From NCBI GenBank assembly GCA_016196825.1, contig JACPWY010000007.1, forward strand, positions 2,468 to 66,467: a stretch of DNA of 64,000 bases, in the 5' to 3' direction. The notes under the pieces were generated by a model, which saw only the letters and a program-made list of their open reading frames with translations, did not search any database and was not told the DNA's origin. Position numbers and translations under genes: made by a program. Position 1 is the stretch's first letter. The number at the start of each line of letters is the position of its first letter. Positions 19,842 to 29,543 of this stretch are shown here, piece by piece. Source of the DNA: Deltaproteobacteria bacterium (GTDB lineage Bacteria > Bdellovibrionota > FAC87 > UBA2466).

Positions 19842-21371
19842 TTATGGGTCCACTATCACTTTGCTGACCCGCATTGTAGTGACTGAAAACGGAATGAGTT
19901 CGCGAGCGCTCATCTTATAGTGCATGGGCACATCGGTTAAAGAATCGCGTAGGAGAAAATAGTCCTCCTCCTCGAGATTGAGCGGATTCACTTCTCGCCC
20001 GTACCCGACAACATTAACAAGATGGGCAAACGTCCCTGAGTATTCCGGTCTGACCCACCCCTCCTGCTCGCTTCGCCCATCCCGCGCTAACCCCACCATT
20101 AACGGCTGACCTGACGCCAAGATTTCTCGGTACGCGCTCGCCGGAAGCACCTCATCAAAGCGCTCCACCTTACCGACCCGATACTTTCGGTTCGCTATGG
20201 CCCTTAGATCCCTCGGAATGAAATCATCGAAGCCTTGCCTAAAATCATTGTGGGGTGGAATTGGATTTTGACTGAGCGTTTGAAGTGCGAAGTTGAGCGC
20301 ATCGGTCTCGCCCCGTCCGGATAGGCCCTTATCCATCTTCGCCGCCAGCTTTTTCGGATCCGAAACCCCGTTGAACTTCATTAGCTGAGCAGAAAGATTG
20401 TTTTCAAAAGGCACCTCTCCCAGCTCCTCCGCCGCTCTTACGATCGCATAGAGGTAGGGGGCCGAGAGCTTCGGGATTTTTTCCCGGCCTTCCATGTCCG
20501 AGGTGATGGCAAATGAGGCGCAAGCTTTAGTGTCGCCCTGAAGCTGAGGGATCGAGAACATTGAGCTGAGATCCCTTTCTTTGGGTACCTGTCCGTTGGC
20601 TTTAATCCCCAAACTCGAAATAAAATCGCGAAAGCCGCGAGGAGACTCTCGTCTAAAGGCCTCCATCTCTTTGAGAATAGGATCGCGCGTTCGAGAATCA
20701 TGCCAGACCGCCAAGAGCCCGCGTTTGATCAGTTTGTACGCCGCCCTCTCCCGCGGCGTCAGTGCATCGTAGTCAATATCATCTTCGATCCTATCGAGCA
20801 TCCCAATCGAATCCTCAAAGCTCACCACCCTGCCCCTATCAAAATCGGAGATCATCTTTTGGGCGTCCTTGATAACCGAGGAATCCAAGGCACCACCCTT
20901 GGCGCGCGCTTTTTCGTCACCGTGAGAGGCCTTTGAATCGGCTTCGCTCTCACTCGCTCCGACCTCCAGTGGTCCTTCTTTCAGAAAGAGCCGAATGTCT
21001 TTAAAATCACGAAAGCGTGGCGCCCTAACTGGCGGCTTCGCCTCAAGCATCGCCTTCACTGCAATTGCCTGCTTAAGAGCCTCGGTCTTGAGCGCGAGAA
21101 GTTGCTTCGGCTGGTCGTTCCACCATCCATCCCCTTTTGGCGCTTTCACCTGCTCGCGCAAAGCCGTTGTCTCCTCGGCAAGGCGAGCCTCGTGGACCTT
21201 CACCAAGAGAAGGTTATGCTGGTCAATGTAACTCTGCCTCCCTTTTTCACGTTCACTCGCCTTCTCAAGCGTGCGGAGTTGCTTGAGACTTTCTTGAAAC
21301 GTAAATGGGATCTCCCCGGCGTAAGCGAAACACACGAGAAAAAGCACAAAGAAGAGTTGCCCCACAATCAC
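19842..21371 (-). CDS. Secreted papain-like (C1-type) cysteine peptidase
   Basis: Signal peptide; QGDTKAC-ASFA (Gln/Cys), HLVNVVGYG (His), LLRDS (Asp in place of Asn). Confidence 0.7.
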   Translation of the reverse strand: MIVGQLFFVLFLVCFAYAGEIPFTFQESLKQLRTLEKASEREKGRQSYIDQHNLLLVKVHEARLAEETTALREQVKAPKGDGWWNDQPKQLLALKTEALKQAIAVKAMLEAKPPVRAPRFRDFKDIRLFLKEGPLEVGASESEADSKASHGDEKARAKGGALDSSVIKDAQKMISDFDRGRVVSFEDSIGMLDRIEDDIDYDALTPRERAAYKLIKRGLLAVWHDSRTRDPILKEMEAFRRESPRGFRDFISSLGIKANGQVPKERDLSSMFSIPQLQGDTKACASFAITSDMEGREKIPKLSAPYLYAIVRAAEELGEVPFENNLSAQLMKFNGVSDPKKLAAKMDKGLSGRGETDALNFALQTLSQNPIPPHNDFRQGFDDFIPRDLRAIANRKYRVGKVERFDEVLPASAYREILASGQPLMVGLARDGRSEQEGWVRPEYSGTFAHLVNVVGYGREVNPLNLEEEDYFLLRDSLTDVPMHYKMSARELIPFSVTTMRVSKVIVDP

Positions 21372-21465
21372 CTCTAAGAGCGTAAATTCTACCCTGGCAG
21401 GGGCGCCATTTCACCTACGGCGCCAGAGATAGTAATGGGGTATCCTATTGTATATAGGGGACAGC

Positions 21466-21744
21466 ATGAAAACAGCCATTCTGTGTCTGGGGATTTTGGT
21501 AGCTTCATCGGCGATGGCCGGTGAAGGAAAGGGTGATGGACAGAACCATCCGTGCAAGAAGATTCGGGCAGCCTGTGAGGCGGCCGGTTTCACGAAGGGT
21601 GGTCACAAGAGTAGCAGCAAAGGGCTTTGGGCAGACTGTATAAAACCGACCATGGACAATCGCACTCCGGCTGGTGTCACGGTCGCTGCCGTTGATGTTG
21701 TTGCCTGCAAGGCCAAGAAGGCTGCTCACAAAGAAGACAAATAG
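21466..21744 (+). CDS. Small secreted 4-Cys protein
   Basis: GGGGA RBS; signal peptide ending AMA; C-x6-C...C...C pattern. Confidence 0.7.
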   Translation: MKTAILCLGILVASSAMAGEGKGDGQNHPCKKIRAACEAAGFTKGGHKSSSKGLWADCIKPTMDNRTPAGVTVAAVDVVACKAKKAAHKEDK

Positions 21745-21945
21745 TTCTGGAAAAAGGGCCTGGCTAGAATCTTAGTCACTGCCGCTCCTTTCGATGGGAG
21801 TGTCTTGATCCATGGCTGAAATAATGTTCAGTGAGTCGTCAGATAATAAAGCGCAAGAAATTCTTTCCCCGAGCGAGTGGCTCTGGCCGAACATCTCTTA
21901 CAGTCGGTAGTCGCTGACGCGTAGGTGCAGCATATTCCCCGGGCG

Positions 21946-22077
21946 CCCGGGCGATGCGAAGTGCCACTAAGAAAAACACCCAACCATCGTCACCTGAGCG
22001 GCCTGTGGCCACTGCTGTGCAACCCGCTCAGCCGATGACTCAGTACAAGCGTAACCGTCTTGGCTGGAAACCACGCT
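21946..22077 (+). pseudogene. Degenerate fragment of the HNH/DUF222-like gene
   Basis: Encodes MRSATKKNTQPSSPERPVAT...QYKRNRLGW, matching MRSAARKKKTQISSPERPVAT...QYKRNPIHW at 15395-15529. Confidence 0.75.
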
Positions 22078-23611
22078 CATACCCGCTACCTTTTCGGCCG
22101 AAAAGTAGATTGGTACCTCCCATCGGCGCCGCGTTCCCCCATTCACACAATGTGACCCGGGGATCGAGTCGGTAGCCGTTCGGGGTCATGACGACCCAAT
22201 CCTCTGAACCGAGAAGCTGGCGGGTGCGAGTGACGAGTCGATAGACCAAAGAGTCGTGGCGGATGGGGTGGTAGTCATAGCCCCAGAGCTCGCGGACCAG
22301 GGTTTCTTTGGTGGTCTCTTTTTTCAGAGTTCGCAGAAGTGAAAGGATTGCATCGGTGACACCGGTCGAGAGGACGACGGTGTTGCCGTGTGAGCGGGCG
22401 ATGAGACTCTTTTCCCGCAGGAAGAGGGCGCGTGGCGTGAGAGTGGCCGGCAACAATTTGAGGTACAGGCCCGGGTACTCTTCGACCGCCTCAGGGTTGT
22501 CTATCTCATCGCCGAGTGGATCGAGTCCTTTCGGCGCTAAGCGACTCAGCATTCGCTTGGAGAGCCATGAGCCGTGCCGTCGGGTTTGGGCCGCCAACTC
22601 CTCGCCAGAAAAGGGAAGGCCGAGGGCCGCGCAGAGCTTCTTCTCCATTCCCAGTAATGAGATCATGAGTTGGTGATCGATCTTGGGGTCGAGATCCGAA
22701 CGGCTAGCGCGAATGAGATTGAGAGCATCGAAATATTCGCCACGGTGGAAACGATTTTCGGCATAACGGAGATTGAGAAGCACTCCGTGCCGCTTGTGAC
22801 GTAGGCCGTAGATGATGCGGCAAGCTTCGCTGAGAACCGTCTCCGACTCGGCAATTCGCCCACGCAGAGTGAGCTGCCGGGCGAGCTCGAGAAGAACCGC
22901 GGAACGGCTGAAAGAATTCTGCTCCGTCATCTTATGGGAAAGATGTTTGAGATCGTTCAATATCGTTTTGGGTTTGAACCCGAACTGCGCCTCGTAGCAG
23001 ACGAGAGACACTCTCATGGCCTGCTCCCAACTGCCGTGGCCCAGCTGAGTCGCGATCGCAAGCGCTCGTTCGAGCTGCTTGAGACCATGGCGAATCTGCC
23101 CATTCTGAATCTCGGCATAGCCGAGAAGCTCCAGCGCCAGGCATTGACCATAGGGAAATCGCGCCTGTGTGGCGTCCATGAGTGCTCGATTGGCCTGGCG
23201 TTGGGCGAGGGCGAAACGAGACTGAAAATACCGCCAAAAGGCGAGCCCCTGGTGGGCGAAGAAGAGCTGTTCGGGCGCGTTGGTGGCCCGGGCGATGCGA
23301 GCGTTTTCGAAGAAATACCCTTTCCCTTGGTCGTATTGAGAATGACGACAGAAGCCGACACCGAGGAAAAAAAGCGAGGCACTCTTTTGGGGGGCTGAGA
23401 GATGGTCGCGTTCGGTTTGGTAGAGGGCGGCCGCCTCCTCGATGCGCCCGACGAAGCTCAATGAGCCGATGATCCAGGGGAGATCCGCGGTGGGGGGGCG
23501 TTTTCCCGCGTCATAGACAACCGCCAGGATGCCCTGGTGGTCACCTGAGAAGAATCGATTTTTCAGAACAGCCAACGATAACCCCCGCCCAACAACCCCG
23601 CTGTGAATCAC
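22040..23611 (-). CDS. TPR-repeat protein with C-terminal OmpR-like winged-helix DNA-binding domain
   Basis: Helical TPR-like repeats, then KETLVRELWG...LVYRLVTRTRQLL...GYRL wHTH. Confidence 0.75.
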   Translation of the reverse strand: MIHSGVVGRGLSLAVLKNRFFSGDHQGILAVVYDAGKRPPTADLPWIIGSLSFVGRIEEAAALYQTERDHLSAPQKSASLFFLGVGFCRHSQYDQGKGYFFENARIARATNAPEQLFFAHQGLAFWRYFQSRFALAQRQANRALMDATQARFPYGQCLALELLGYAEIQNGQIRHGLKQLERALAIATQLGHGSWEQAMRVSLVCYEAQFGFKPKTILNDLKHLSHKMTEQNSFSRSAVLLELARQLTLRGRIAESETVLSEACRIIYGLRHKRHGVLLNLRYAENRFHRGEYFDALNLIRASRSDLDPKIDHQLMISLLGMEKKLCAALGLPFSGEELAAQTRRHGSWLSKRMLSRLAPKGLDPLGDEIDNPEAVEEYPGLYLKLLPATLTPRALFLREKSLIARSHGNTVVLSTGVTDAILSLLRTLKKETTKETLVRELWGYDYHPIRHDSLVYRLVTRTRQLLGSEDWVVMTPNGYRLDPRVTLCEWGNAAPMGGTNLLFGRKGSGYERGFQPRRLRLY

Positions 23612-23690
23612 AACAATTCACAACAGTTTTTGTTTAGCGGAGTTTGTCGCGCTTTGGCAAGGACTAGCCGATTCTTGAGTACAGGAGGAC

Positions 23691-24083
23691 ATGATGAAAA
23701 ACGAAATGAAGAAACTAGGATTGGAAATCACGATGATTGTGGGGCTTTTGGGTGGCGTCGCCCAGGCAGCCACGGTGACGGTGATGGTCTCTGATGGTGG
23801 CTTTCGTCCCAATCGGATCACCATCCAGCAGGGTGACACGGTCAACTTTCTGAGCGATGCCCGCTTCACCCATACGGTGACGGCGAATCCGGCGCTCGCG
23901 AAGGATCCCGCGAATGTCGTGCTACCCATGGGAGCGCCTACTTTTAACTCAGGCGATCTCACGAAGGGGCAAAGCTTCACTCAGACTTTCGATGTGGCTG
24001 GCAATTACCAGTATGTTTGCCTCCAGCACGAGAAATTCGGGATGATCGGTCAGATCGTCGTGGAAGGCGCGGACGAAGAGTGA
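23691..24083 (+). CDS. Cupredoxin (plastocyanin/azurin family) blue copper protein
   Basis: AGGAGG RBS; signal peptide; HTV...YQYVCLQH..GM type-1 Cu ligands. Confidence 0.9.
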   Translation: MMKNEMKKLGLEITMIVGLLGGVAQAATVTVMVSDGGFRPNRITIQQGDTVNFLSDARFTHTVTANPALAKDPANVVLPMGAPTFNSGDLTKGQSFTQTFDVAGNYQYVCLQHEKFGMIGQIVVEGADEE

Positions 24084-24111
24084 GCATTTACTTATGACCG
24101 CATTAGTAATT

Positions 24112-24135
24112 CGGTCGGCCCTGCGGGGCCGGCCG
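24112..24135. terminator. Hairpin between convergent genes
   Basis: CGGTCGGCCC-TGCG-GGGCCGGCCG. Confidence 0.5.
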
Positions 24136-24149
24136 GGTTCCTTGCGGCA

Positions 24150-25760
24150 TCAAAGGTTTTGCGCAAGCTGTGTATCTTCTTCCGGCAGTCGGCCGACGGA
24201 AATTCTGTGCGATTCTGTCTGAACCACCGTATCAAGGTCCCGAGTGATCATTTCATCAAAGGGATCCGGAGCGGCGGTGGTGAACCCTTCCGAACCGTCG
24301 AAGGAGGAATCGATCCGGACGGCGATATCGTGCGGGCTTTTGGAGGCCGAGTATTCCCTGGTGAAGAGTGATCGGGTGCCGGGGTTGCGGAGCATCCAGA
24401 CCGAATGCGTGGCCGGTTTCATCTTGGTCATGAGATAGCCGCCGGGAAAACAGTCGTAAAAAATGATGCGCCCTTGATCGTTCTCAAGGGAGCGGATCTC
24501 GTCGAGGAGACCGTCGTAATGGGCCTTGCGTTTGGCCGTTGTCCAAATTCCCTTGTAGGGTCCTCGGTCAAGACGAGCTGTGAGGAGCGGCAAGGGTCGA
24601 TCGCGATAGGAACTCTGGTAAAGCGCAACGACAAGCGCGAAGATGGCGGCGGCTGCTGGCAACCAGGAGAGACGGCAAGTTGAGCGAGTCAAATATGCGA
24701 CGGTGAGAACCGCGAGCGGAAGGAGCCCCAGTGGGGCGCTGTAGAGTGTCTGAGAACTCGTCCAAGCGGTCGTGAGTCCGGCGACTAGGGATGCCACGGC
24801 AATTGCCATCCACCAGCGATTTTTCCAGGGGAGAAAAAGAGGCGCCAAGATAGCGAACCAGAAGATCTCCTGGCCTGACCGCATGAAGGAGTGGCTTGGA
24901 GTTTTAAAGATGAGAAGAATCGGAATGAGGGCCCACACCGTGGGTGACCAACGCAGGCCAGCCCAGAAGATCGAAAGAATGGCGGTGGTGTACGAGGGCG
25001 CCCACCACTCTCCGGTGATCTGCCGGGCGATCACGACCCACTTGTGCCACCCGCCTAACTTATCTTGGTCGCTTGAAGTGTATTGAATAATTTCGATGAG
25101 GCGTTGGGTACTGGTTCCGATTAGGGAGGGCAGCATTGCGAAAACAATGAGAGAAGCCCCGAAAAGCGCCTGCTTCGTGCGAACTGTCGGGTTCAAAAAA
25201 ACATATACAGCAATCGCGATCGGAAGAGTGGGGTAGGCGATCGCGGCTGTTGCGAGAAAGCTGCCCGCCGCGAACTGGGGCCATCGTCTTTCATCAGTTC
25301 CGAGGAAAAGGCCGGCTGCCAAGCAATGCATGCTGATGCTGTTGTAGAAAAAGTTGGGGATATTGTAGTGAACGTAGGCCAGCGAGACTAATGAAGCCAT
25401 GAGGGCTAGGGAATCCTCGACCCGCCTTCTCAACGAGATATAAATAGCGAGAGTGGTGCTGAGCGAAAAAAGAAAAAAACAAAGTCGCGAGAAAAGAACA
25501 ATTCCTTCGGTGCCGGAATTGAAATGCACGAAGCCCCGCACGATCGGAAGCGTAAGAAGGGCCGCCGATTGGATCGACATGTATTCATCCTTGAATGGCG
25601 TGTCTCCGAGTGCAAAACGATAGGACATGGCGAGATGCAGGGCCTCATCAGTGAAATCGCACGAGAAGAATTGGCGGATAAGGACCAAGCCTATGAAGAC
25701 GAGCGCGACGATGACGACCACCCTGGGCCGTTTCAACGAGGGGACAACGCTGAGTTCCAT
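24150..25760 (-). CDS. Multi-TM GT-C-like membrane protein
   Basis: DFTDEA..PFKDE loop after TM1, many TM helices, soluble C-terminus. Confidence 0.65.
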   Translation of the reverse strand: MELSVVPSLKRPRVVVIVALVFIGLVLIRQFFSCDFTDEALHLAMSYRFALGDTPFKDEYMSIQSAALLTLPIVRGFVHFNSGTEGIVLFSRLCFFLFSLSTTLAIYISLRRRVEDSLALMASLVSLAYVHYNIPNFFYNSISMHCLAAGLFLGTDERRWPQFAAGSFLATAAIAYPTLPIAIAVYVFLNPTVRTKQALFGASLIVFAMLPSLIGTSTQRLIEIIQYTSSDQDKLGGWHKWVVIARQITGEWWAPSYTTAILSIFWAGLRWSPTVWALIPILLIFKTPSHSFMRSGQEIFWFAILAPLFLPWKNRWWMAIAVASLVAGLTTAWTSSQTLYSAPLGLLPLAVLTVAYLTRSTCRLSWLPAAAAIFALVVALYQSSYRDRPLPLLTARLDRGPYKGIWTTAKRKAHYDGLLDEIRSLENDQGRIIFYDCFPGGYLMTKMKPATHSVWMLRNPGTRSLFTREYSASKSPHDIAVRIDSSFDGSEGFTTAAPDPFDEMITRDLDTVVQTESHRISVGRLPEEDTQLAQNL

Positions 25761-25777
25761 AGGAGGAACAATATACT

Positions 25778-26878
25778 CTACCCAATTGTCGACGAAAACC
25801 GCGCTAGGCCTTCAGGAAACTGGGCGCGGCCGAACCCGATCCGAAAATGGGGGCCGGGGTAGAAGAACTGAGAGCCGGGGAGAAGAAAGACACCGGTCTC
25901 TTCAACAAGCGACCGGAGGCGGAGGTCGCATTCTTTCGGATCTTTGAATCGAGGAAACGCAATACAGCCGGCCTTGGGTCTCACCCACTGCAATCGGTCG
26001 GAAAACCGATCAAAAAAGCGATCGAGCTCTCCGAGGTTTTTCTCAATGATGGCGCGATTTCTCTCAAGAAGTGTCTCCTTCTTTTTGAGCGCCTGGATCG
26101 CCAGAAATTCGCTGGGAGCACTGTTGCAGATCGTAGTGTAGTCCTTGAAAGACGCGAGTTTCTGGAGGAGTGATTGGTTTTTTGTGGCGAGCCAACCGAT
26201 TCGCAGGCCCGCGAGACCAAACGCCTTGGACATGACCCCGAGTGAGAGCGCGGAGGGGGAAAGATCACAGGCGGCTGGCAAGCGATCGCTGGGAGCGTAT
26301 TCGAGCCCTCGGTAAACCTCGTCAACGAGGAGCGCGATCCCTCGCTGATCGAGAAAGGAAACGATTTCTTCGAAAAGTGGCCGCTCCATCAGATAGCCAG
26401 TGGGGTTGTGGGGGGTATTGAGAACGACGAGCCTGGTATTGGGCTGGACCGCCGATTTGAGATCCTCAAGGCTCGGCGCCCACGATTTTTCAGGCCGACT
26501 CTCCCAGCGTGCGATGGAGACCCCGATCGACTCGGCCACCTGAAAGAGGGATTGGTAGCAGGGCCAGTGGATGATGGCATGATCGCCTGAGGACAGGAGG
26601 ACATTCATCAAATTGAAAATGGCCTCCTCGGCTCCGCTATGGACAAGGATATCGGCCGGGTTGACGCCGGCGTAAAGTTTTGCGATTTCGGCTCTCAGTT
26701 CCGGATGACCGGTGGCCTCCGTGTAGCCGAGCCAGACTTTTTCGAATTGCTCTCGTGACTCTGGAGAAAGGAGGGAGCCTAAAGGGACCGACTCACAGTC
26801 GGAGCTGCAGAGCGGGTAGCGGGCTGTAAACTCATATTGGGCCATGTACCGCTCGAGCCGAAAATCGGGGAGCTTCAT
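25778..26878 (-). CDS. PLP-dependent aminotransferase class I/II
   Basis: NTPHNPTG, DEVY, SKAFGLAGLRIGW; ATG overlaps the rfaE2 stop. Confidence 0.9.
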   Translation of the reverse strand: MKLPDFRLERYMAQYEFTARYPLCSSDCESVPLGSLLSPESREQFEKVWLGYTEATGHPELRAEIAKLYAGVNPADILVHSGAEEAIFNLMNVLLSSGDHAIIHWPCYQSLFQVAESIGVSIARWESRPEKSWAPSLEDLKSAVQPNTRLVVLNTPHNPTGYLMERPLFEEIVSFLDQRGIALLVDEVYRGLEYAPSDRLPAACDLSPSALSLGVMSKAFGLAGLRIGWLATKNQSLLQKLASFKDYTTICNSAPSEFLAIQALKKKETLLERNRAIIEKNLGELDRFFDRFSDRLQWVRPKAGCIAFPRFKDPKECDLRLRSLVEETGVFLLPGSQFFYPGPHFRIGFGRAQFPEGLARFSSTIG

Positions 26879-27360
26879 GATGGACGGGCGAGAGCTTCGA
26901 GAAGACTTGTCGTGGAATGACCTTCGACGAGTGGCAGGCACCTCACTTTGCCGCCGAATTTCTCGACGACCGCGCGCTCTGGGAGCTGCGCGGGATCGTA
27001 GTCGCCTCCTTTGACATGGAGAAAGGGGCGGAGCTTTTCGAGAAGAGATTCGGGGGTCGTTTCCGGAAACACGACCACATAATCGACGGCCTCAAGGGCC
27101 GCAATTTGCAGGGTCCTGGTGCGTTCATCGTGAATCGGGCGTTTGGGCCCTTTGAGCGTCTTTACGCTCGAGTCCGAGTTGAGTCCCACCACAAGGACGT
27201 CGCCCAGCCGTCGGGCTTCGTTGAGATATTGGATATGGCCGAGATGCAGGATATCGAAACAGCCGTTAGTGGAGACAATTCGCTTGCCGCCCGAGCGGAG
27301 GCGAACACTCAAGTCCCACACCTTGTCGAGGGGAACGATCTTATCTTCGAGCCGGCGCAC
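26875..27360 (-). CDS. rfaE2: D-glycero-beta-D-manno-heptose 1-phosphate adenylyltransferase
   Basis: TNGCFDILHLGH, GLNSD, KGGDY, STT motifs. Confidence 0.9.
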   Translation of the reverse strand: MRRLEDKIVPLDKVWDLSVRLRSGGKRIVSTNGCFDILHLGHIQYLNEARRLGDVLVVGLNSDSSVKTLKGPKRPIHDERTRTLQIAALEAVDYVVVFPETTPESLLEKLRPFLHVKGGDYDPAQLPERAVVEKFGGKVRCLPLVEGHSTTSLLEALARPS

Positions 27361-27367
27361 GAGAGGC

Positions 27368-28252
27368 TTATACCATATCTCGGCAAAGGCCGGTGCCGGA
27401 AATCAGGTCGAGGAGGTTCCGTCCCTTTCGCCGGAAAATCAACAGGAGGCTGGGAAAGATTGGTGCGAAGAAGAGGAAGCTCATGACGACCCGAAGTGCC
27501 TTTTTTGCGAAGCGCACCTCGTCGTCTCCGAAGTAGCGGAGCCTCAGGCCCCAGACCCACATTCCAAAGGTCATGTCGACCACGCCGACTCCGATGGCGA
27601 GGTAGGCGAGCCAGATCGTCGCAAATTCCATAAGGGCGAAGCGCAAGAAGATCGGGTCTTGGAAGCTTCCGGTGGAGGGGACCGTGAGTGGACTCTGACC
27701 GACCTGTCCCATGAGGGCCTTGAGAGTGACGATGACGGCAAAGAGCCAGACGGTCCAAACGAAAACTTGATCAATTACGAAGGCGAGGAAACGGCGAGCG
27801 AATCCCGGAGGGGCCGGCTCCCGGCGCGCGACCTTTTGGGGAGGAGCCTCCGAGGGAAGCGGGAGCGTGAGTTTGCGCGGCTCCGGTTGTGGTGCAGACT
27901 CGGGTTCGATTTTCGGAGTGGGCGCAGGTGCGATCGGTTGGGGTGGTGGCTTCACCTCCATGCGGGGCAGTGGCACCGTGAACATTTTTTCGATGGGGCG
28001 CGAGGGAATCGGCGCTCGTGGAGTCGGCGGTGGTGGCGGTGTGAGCTCGGCCGGATCATCAAAGAGTGGCGCTCGCATGTCTTGAGTGATCGGTGGGAGG
28101 GGCGTCGAAACATCTGCTTTGCGAGGACTCGTGAGGCCCAAACCATCCGTGAGTGGTTCGAACGTGTGCTGACTCGGCGATTGTCCGAGCTCCTCAGCAA
28201 TTAGGTTTTGAAGCTCACGCAAAAGATCGGCTGACTGTTTTTTCTCTTGCAT
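27368..28252 (-). CDS. RDD family membrane protein with Pro-rich N-terminus
   Basis: RRFLAFVID, T.GM..GLR, D.ISGT motifs. Confidence 0.85.
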   Translation of the reverse strand: MQEKKQSADLLRELQNLIAEELGQSPSQHTFEPLTDGLGLTSPRKADVSTPLPPITQDMRAPLFDDPAELTPPPPPTPRAPIPSRPIEKMFTVPLPRMEVKPPPQPIAPAPTPKIEPESAPQPEPRKLTLPLPSEAPPQKVARREPAPPGFARRFLAFVIDQVFVWTVWLFAVIVTLKALMGQVGQSPLTVPSTGSFQDPIFLRFALMEFATIWLAYLAIGVGVVDMTFGMWVWGLRLRYFGDDEVRFAKKALRVVMSFLFFAPIFPSLLLIFRRKGRNLLDLISGTGLCRDMV

Positions 28253-28344
28253 CGTGCATTCATTAAAACATCATGCGTCGTAAAAGTAATCATTCGTTGC
28301 GGCAAATGCCGAAGGTTCGATACAATGAATGATGCGGAGGCCCA

Positions 28345-29358
28345 GTGGCGACGAATAATTGTCACGCATTCGACCTTCTCTCCAATCAGATTTCACGACA
28401 AAAGAAGTATGCCTGGGATCTCGAACGCGACCTTCCTTGGGAGCTGGGCGTCGATCCCGATAAATTTCTTCTTCCGCTGGATGAGAACGCCATCGTCTTT
28501 CCGGGGCTTGACGACGAGCTGCGGCTAGCGCTGTCGCAGTTTGCGGGGCTCTTTGTGAACACCGCGATCTCCGAGATGGAGGGCGTCATCGACAAGTTGC
28601 GTGATTGCGCGTGGCGGGAATGTCTGCGACGCAACCCGGTGAACCCAGAGCTCGAGACCTTGGGAGAGCTCTTTTTCGATGAAGAGCTTAAGCACTCGCG
28701 CCTCTTCAAGCGGTTCAATCTCGCGTTTTGCGATCGGTTGGGAATCGATCCAAAGTATCTCCAGCAGATCCTGCCGCAGACCTTTGGCTCGCGGTTTCTC
28801 GACACGATCATCGACAATGCGAAGGATGGCGGCCACGCCTTTTGGTGGGTGGTGGCCAGCGTGGAAGAGGTTTCGATTGGCGTGTTTCGGCAGATGGCGA
28901 GCGAGAAGGCCGGAATCGATCCTCTCTTTTTCGAAGTCCACCGGCGACATATGGAAGAGGAAATGCGCCACTGCAACTATGCCTTCTTAATCTTGGACCT
29001 GATCCACAAGCGGTCCAAGAATTTGCGGCAGCACTATCACGCGCGCACCGATCTGATTCTGGCTCAGACGAGCTCAAGCACCTGGCTCCTGGGCGAGTTA
29101 CAGAAGATGTGGCGAGTGCAAAAGATGGGGTCGCTGCACCCATTCTTTACGCGCTTGGTGCGGGTGGTTCCGCATTTTAAGCGAATCAGCCCATTGAAAC
29201 TTCCCCACATTTTATATGCGAGCTCCCCGTACCTCAGTCTCTTCCTCAATCTCCGTCGACACCCGCTCACGTTAGCGAAGGCGATCCAGACCGGTACGCC
29301 GCACCTCCCCATGCCGCGCCCCCACGATCTCCCCGTTTTGGCTAAGAGCCTATCCTAA
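28345..29358 (+). CDS. Ferritin-like diiron oxygenase (AurF-like)
   Basis: GGAGG RBS; paired E...EELKH and EE...EEMRH diiron motifs. Confidence 0.75.
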   Translation: MATNNCHAFDLLSNQISRQKKYAWDLERDLPWELGVDPDKFLLPLDENAIVFPGLDDELRLALSQFAGLFVNTAISEMEGVIDKLRDCAWRECLRRNPVNPELETLGELFFDEELKHSRLFKRFNLAFCDRLGIDPKYLQQILPQTFGSRFLDTIIDNAKDGGHAFWWVVASVEEVSIGVFRQMASEKAGIDPLFFEVHRRHMEEEMRHCNYAFLILDLIHKRSKNLRQHYHARTDLILAQTSSSTWLLGELQKMWRVQKMGSLHPFFTRLVRVVPHFKRISPLKLPHILYASSPYLSLFLNLRRHPLTLAKAIQTGTPHLPMPRPHDLPVLAKSLS

Positions 29359-29521
29359 AACCCTTTCGTCGGGAGGAGCGAGGCAAAATGTCCTGGACCG
29401 AGGACGCACAAGGGAGGTCCCGCAGGCGTGCCCTCTGGGCACGTCGAGGACACCGACCGCGGAGGACGAAGAGCCAGGGCATTTTGACCGTTCCGAGTAG
29501 AAAGGGTTTTAGGATGGGCTC
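29346..29521. mobile_element. MITE-like palindromic element with IS5-like GAGCC termini
   Basis: TIR GAGCCYATCCTAAAACCCTTTC (1 mismatch), flanked by TAA/TGA, nested internal hairpins. Confidence 0.75.
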
Positions 29522-29543
29522 TGAATAGTGATAGTTTGCCCCC

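Noticed and set aside
21812-21910. 32-codon ORF MAEIMFSESSDNK... with GGGAG upstream
   Set aside because: Too short, no recognisable motif, and lies in a decayed junction region.
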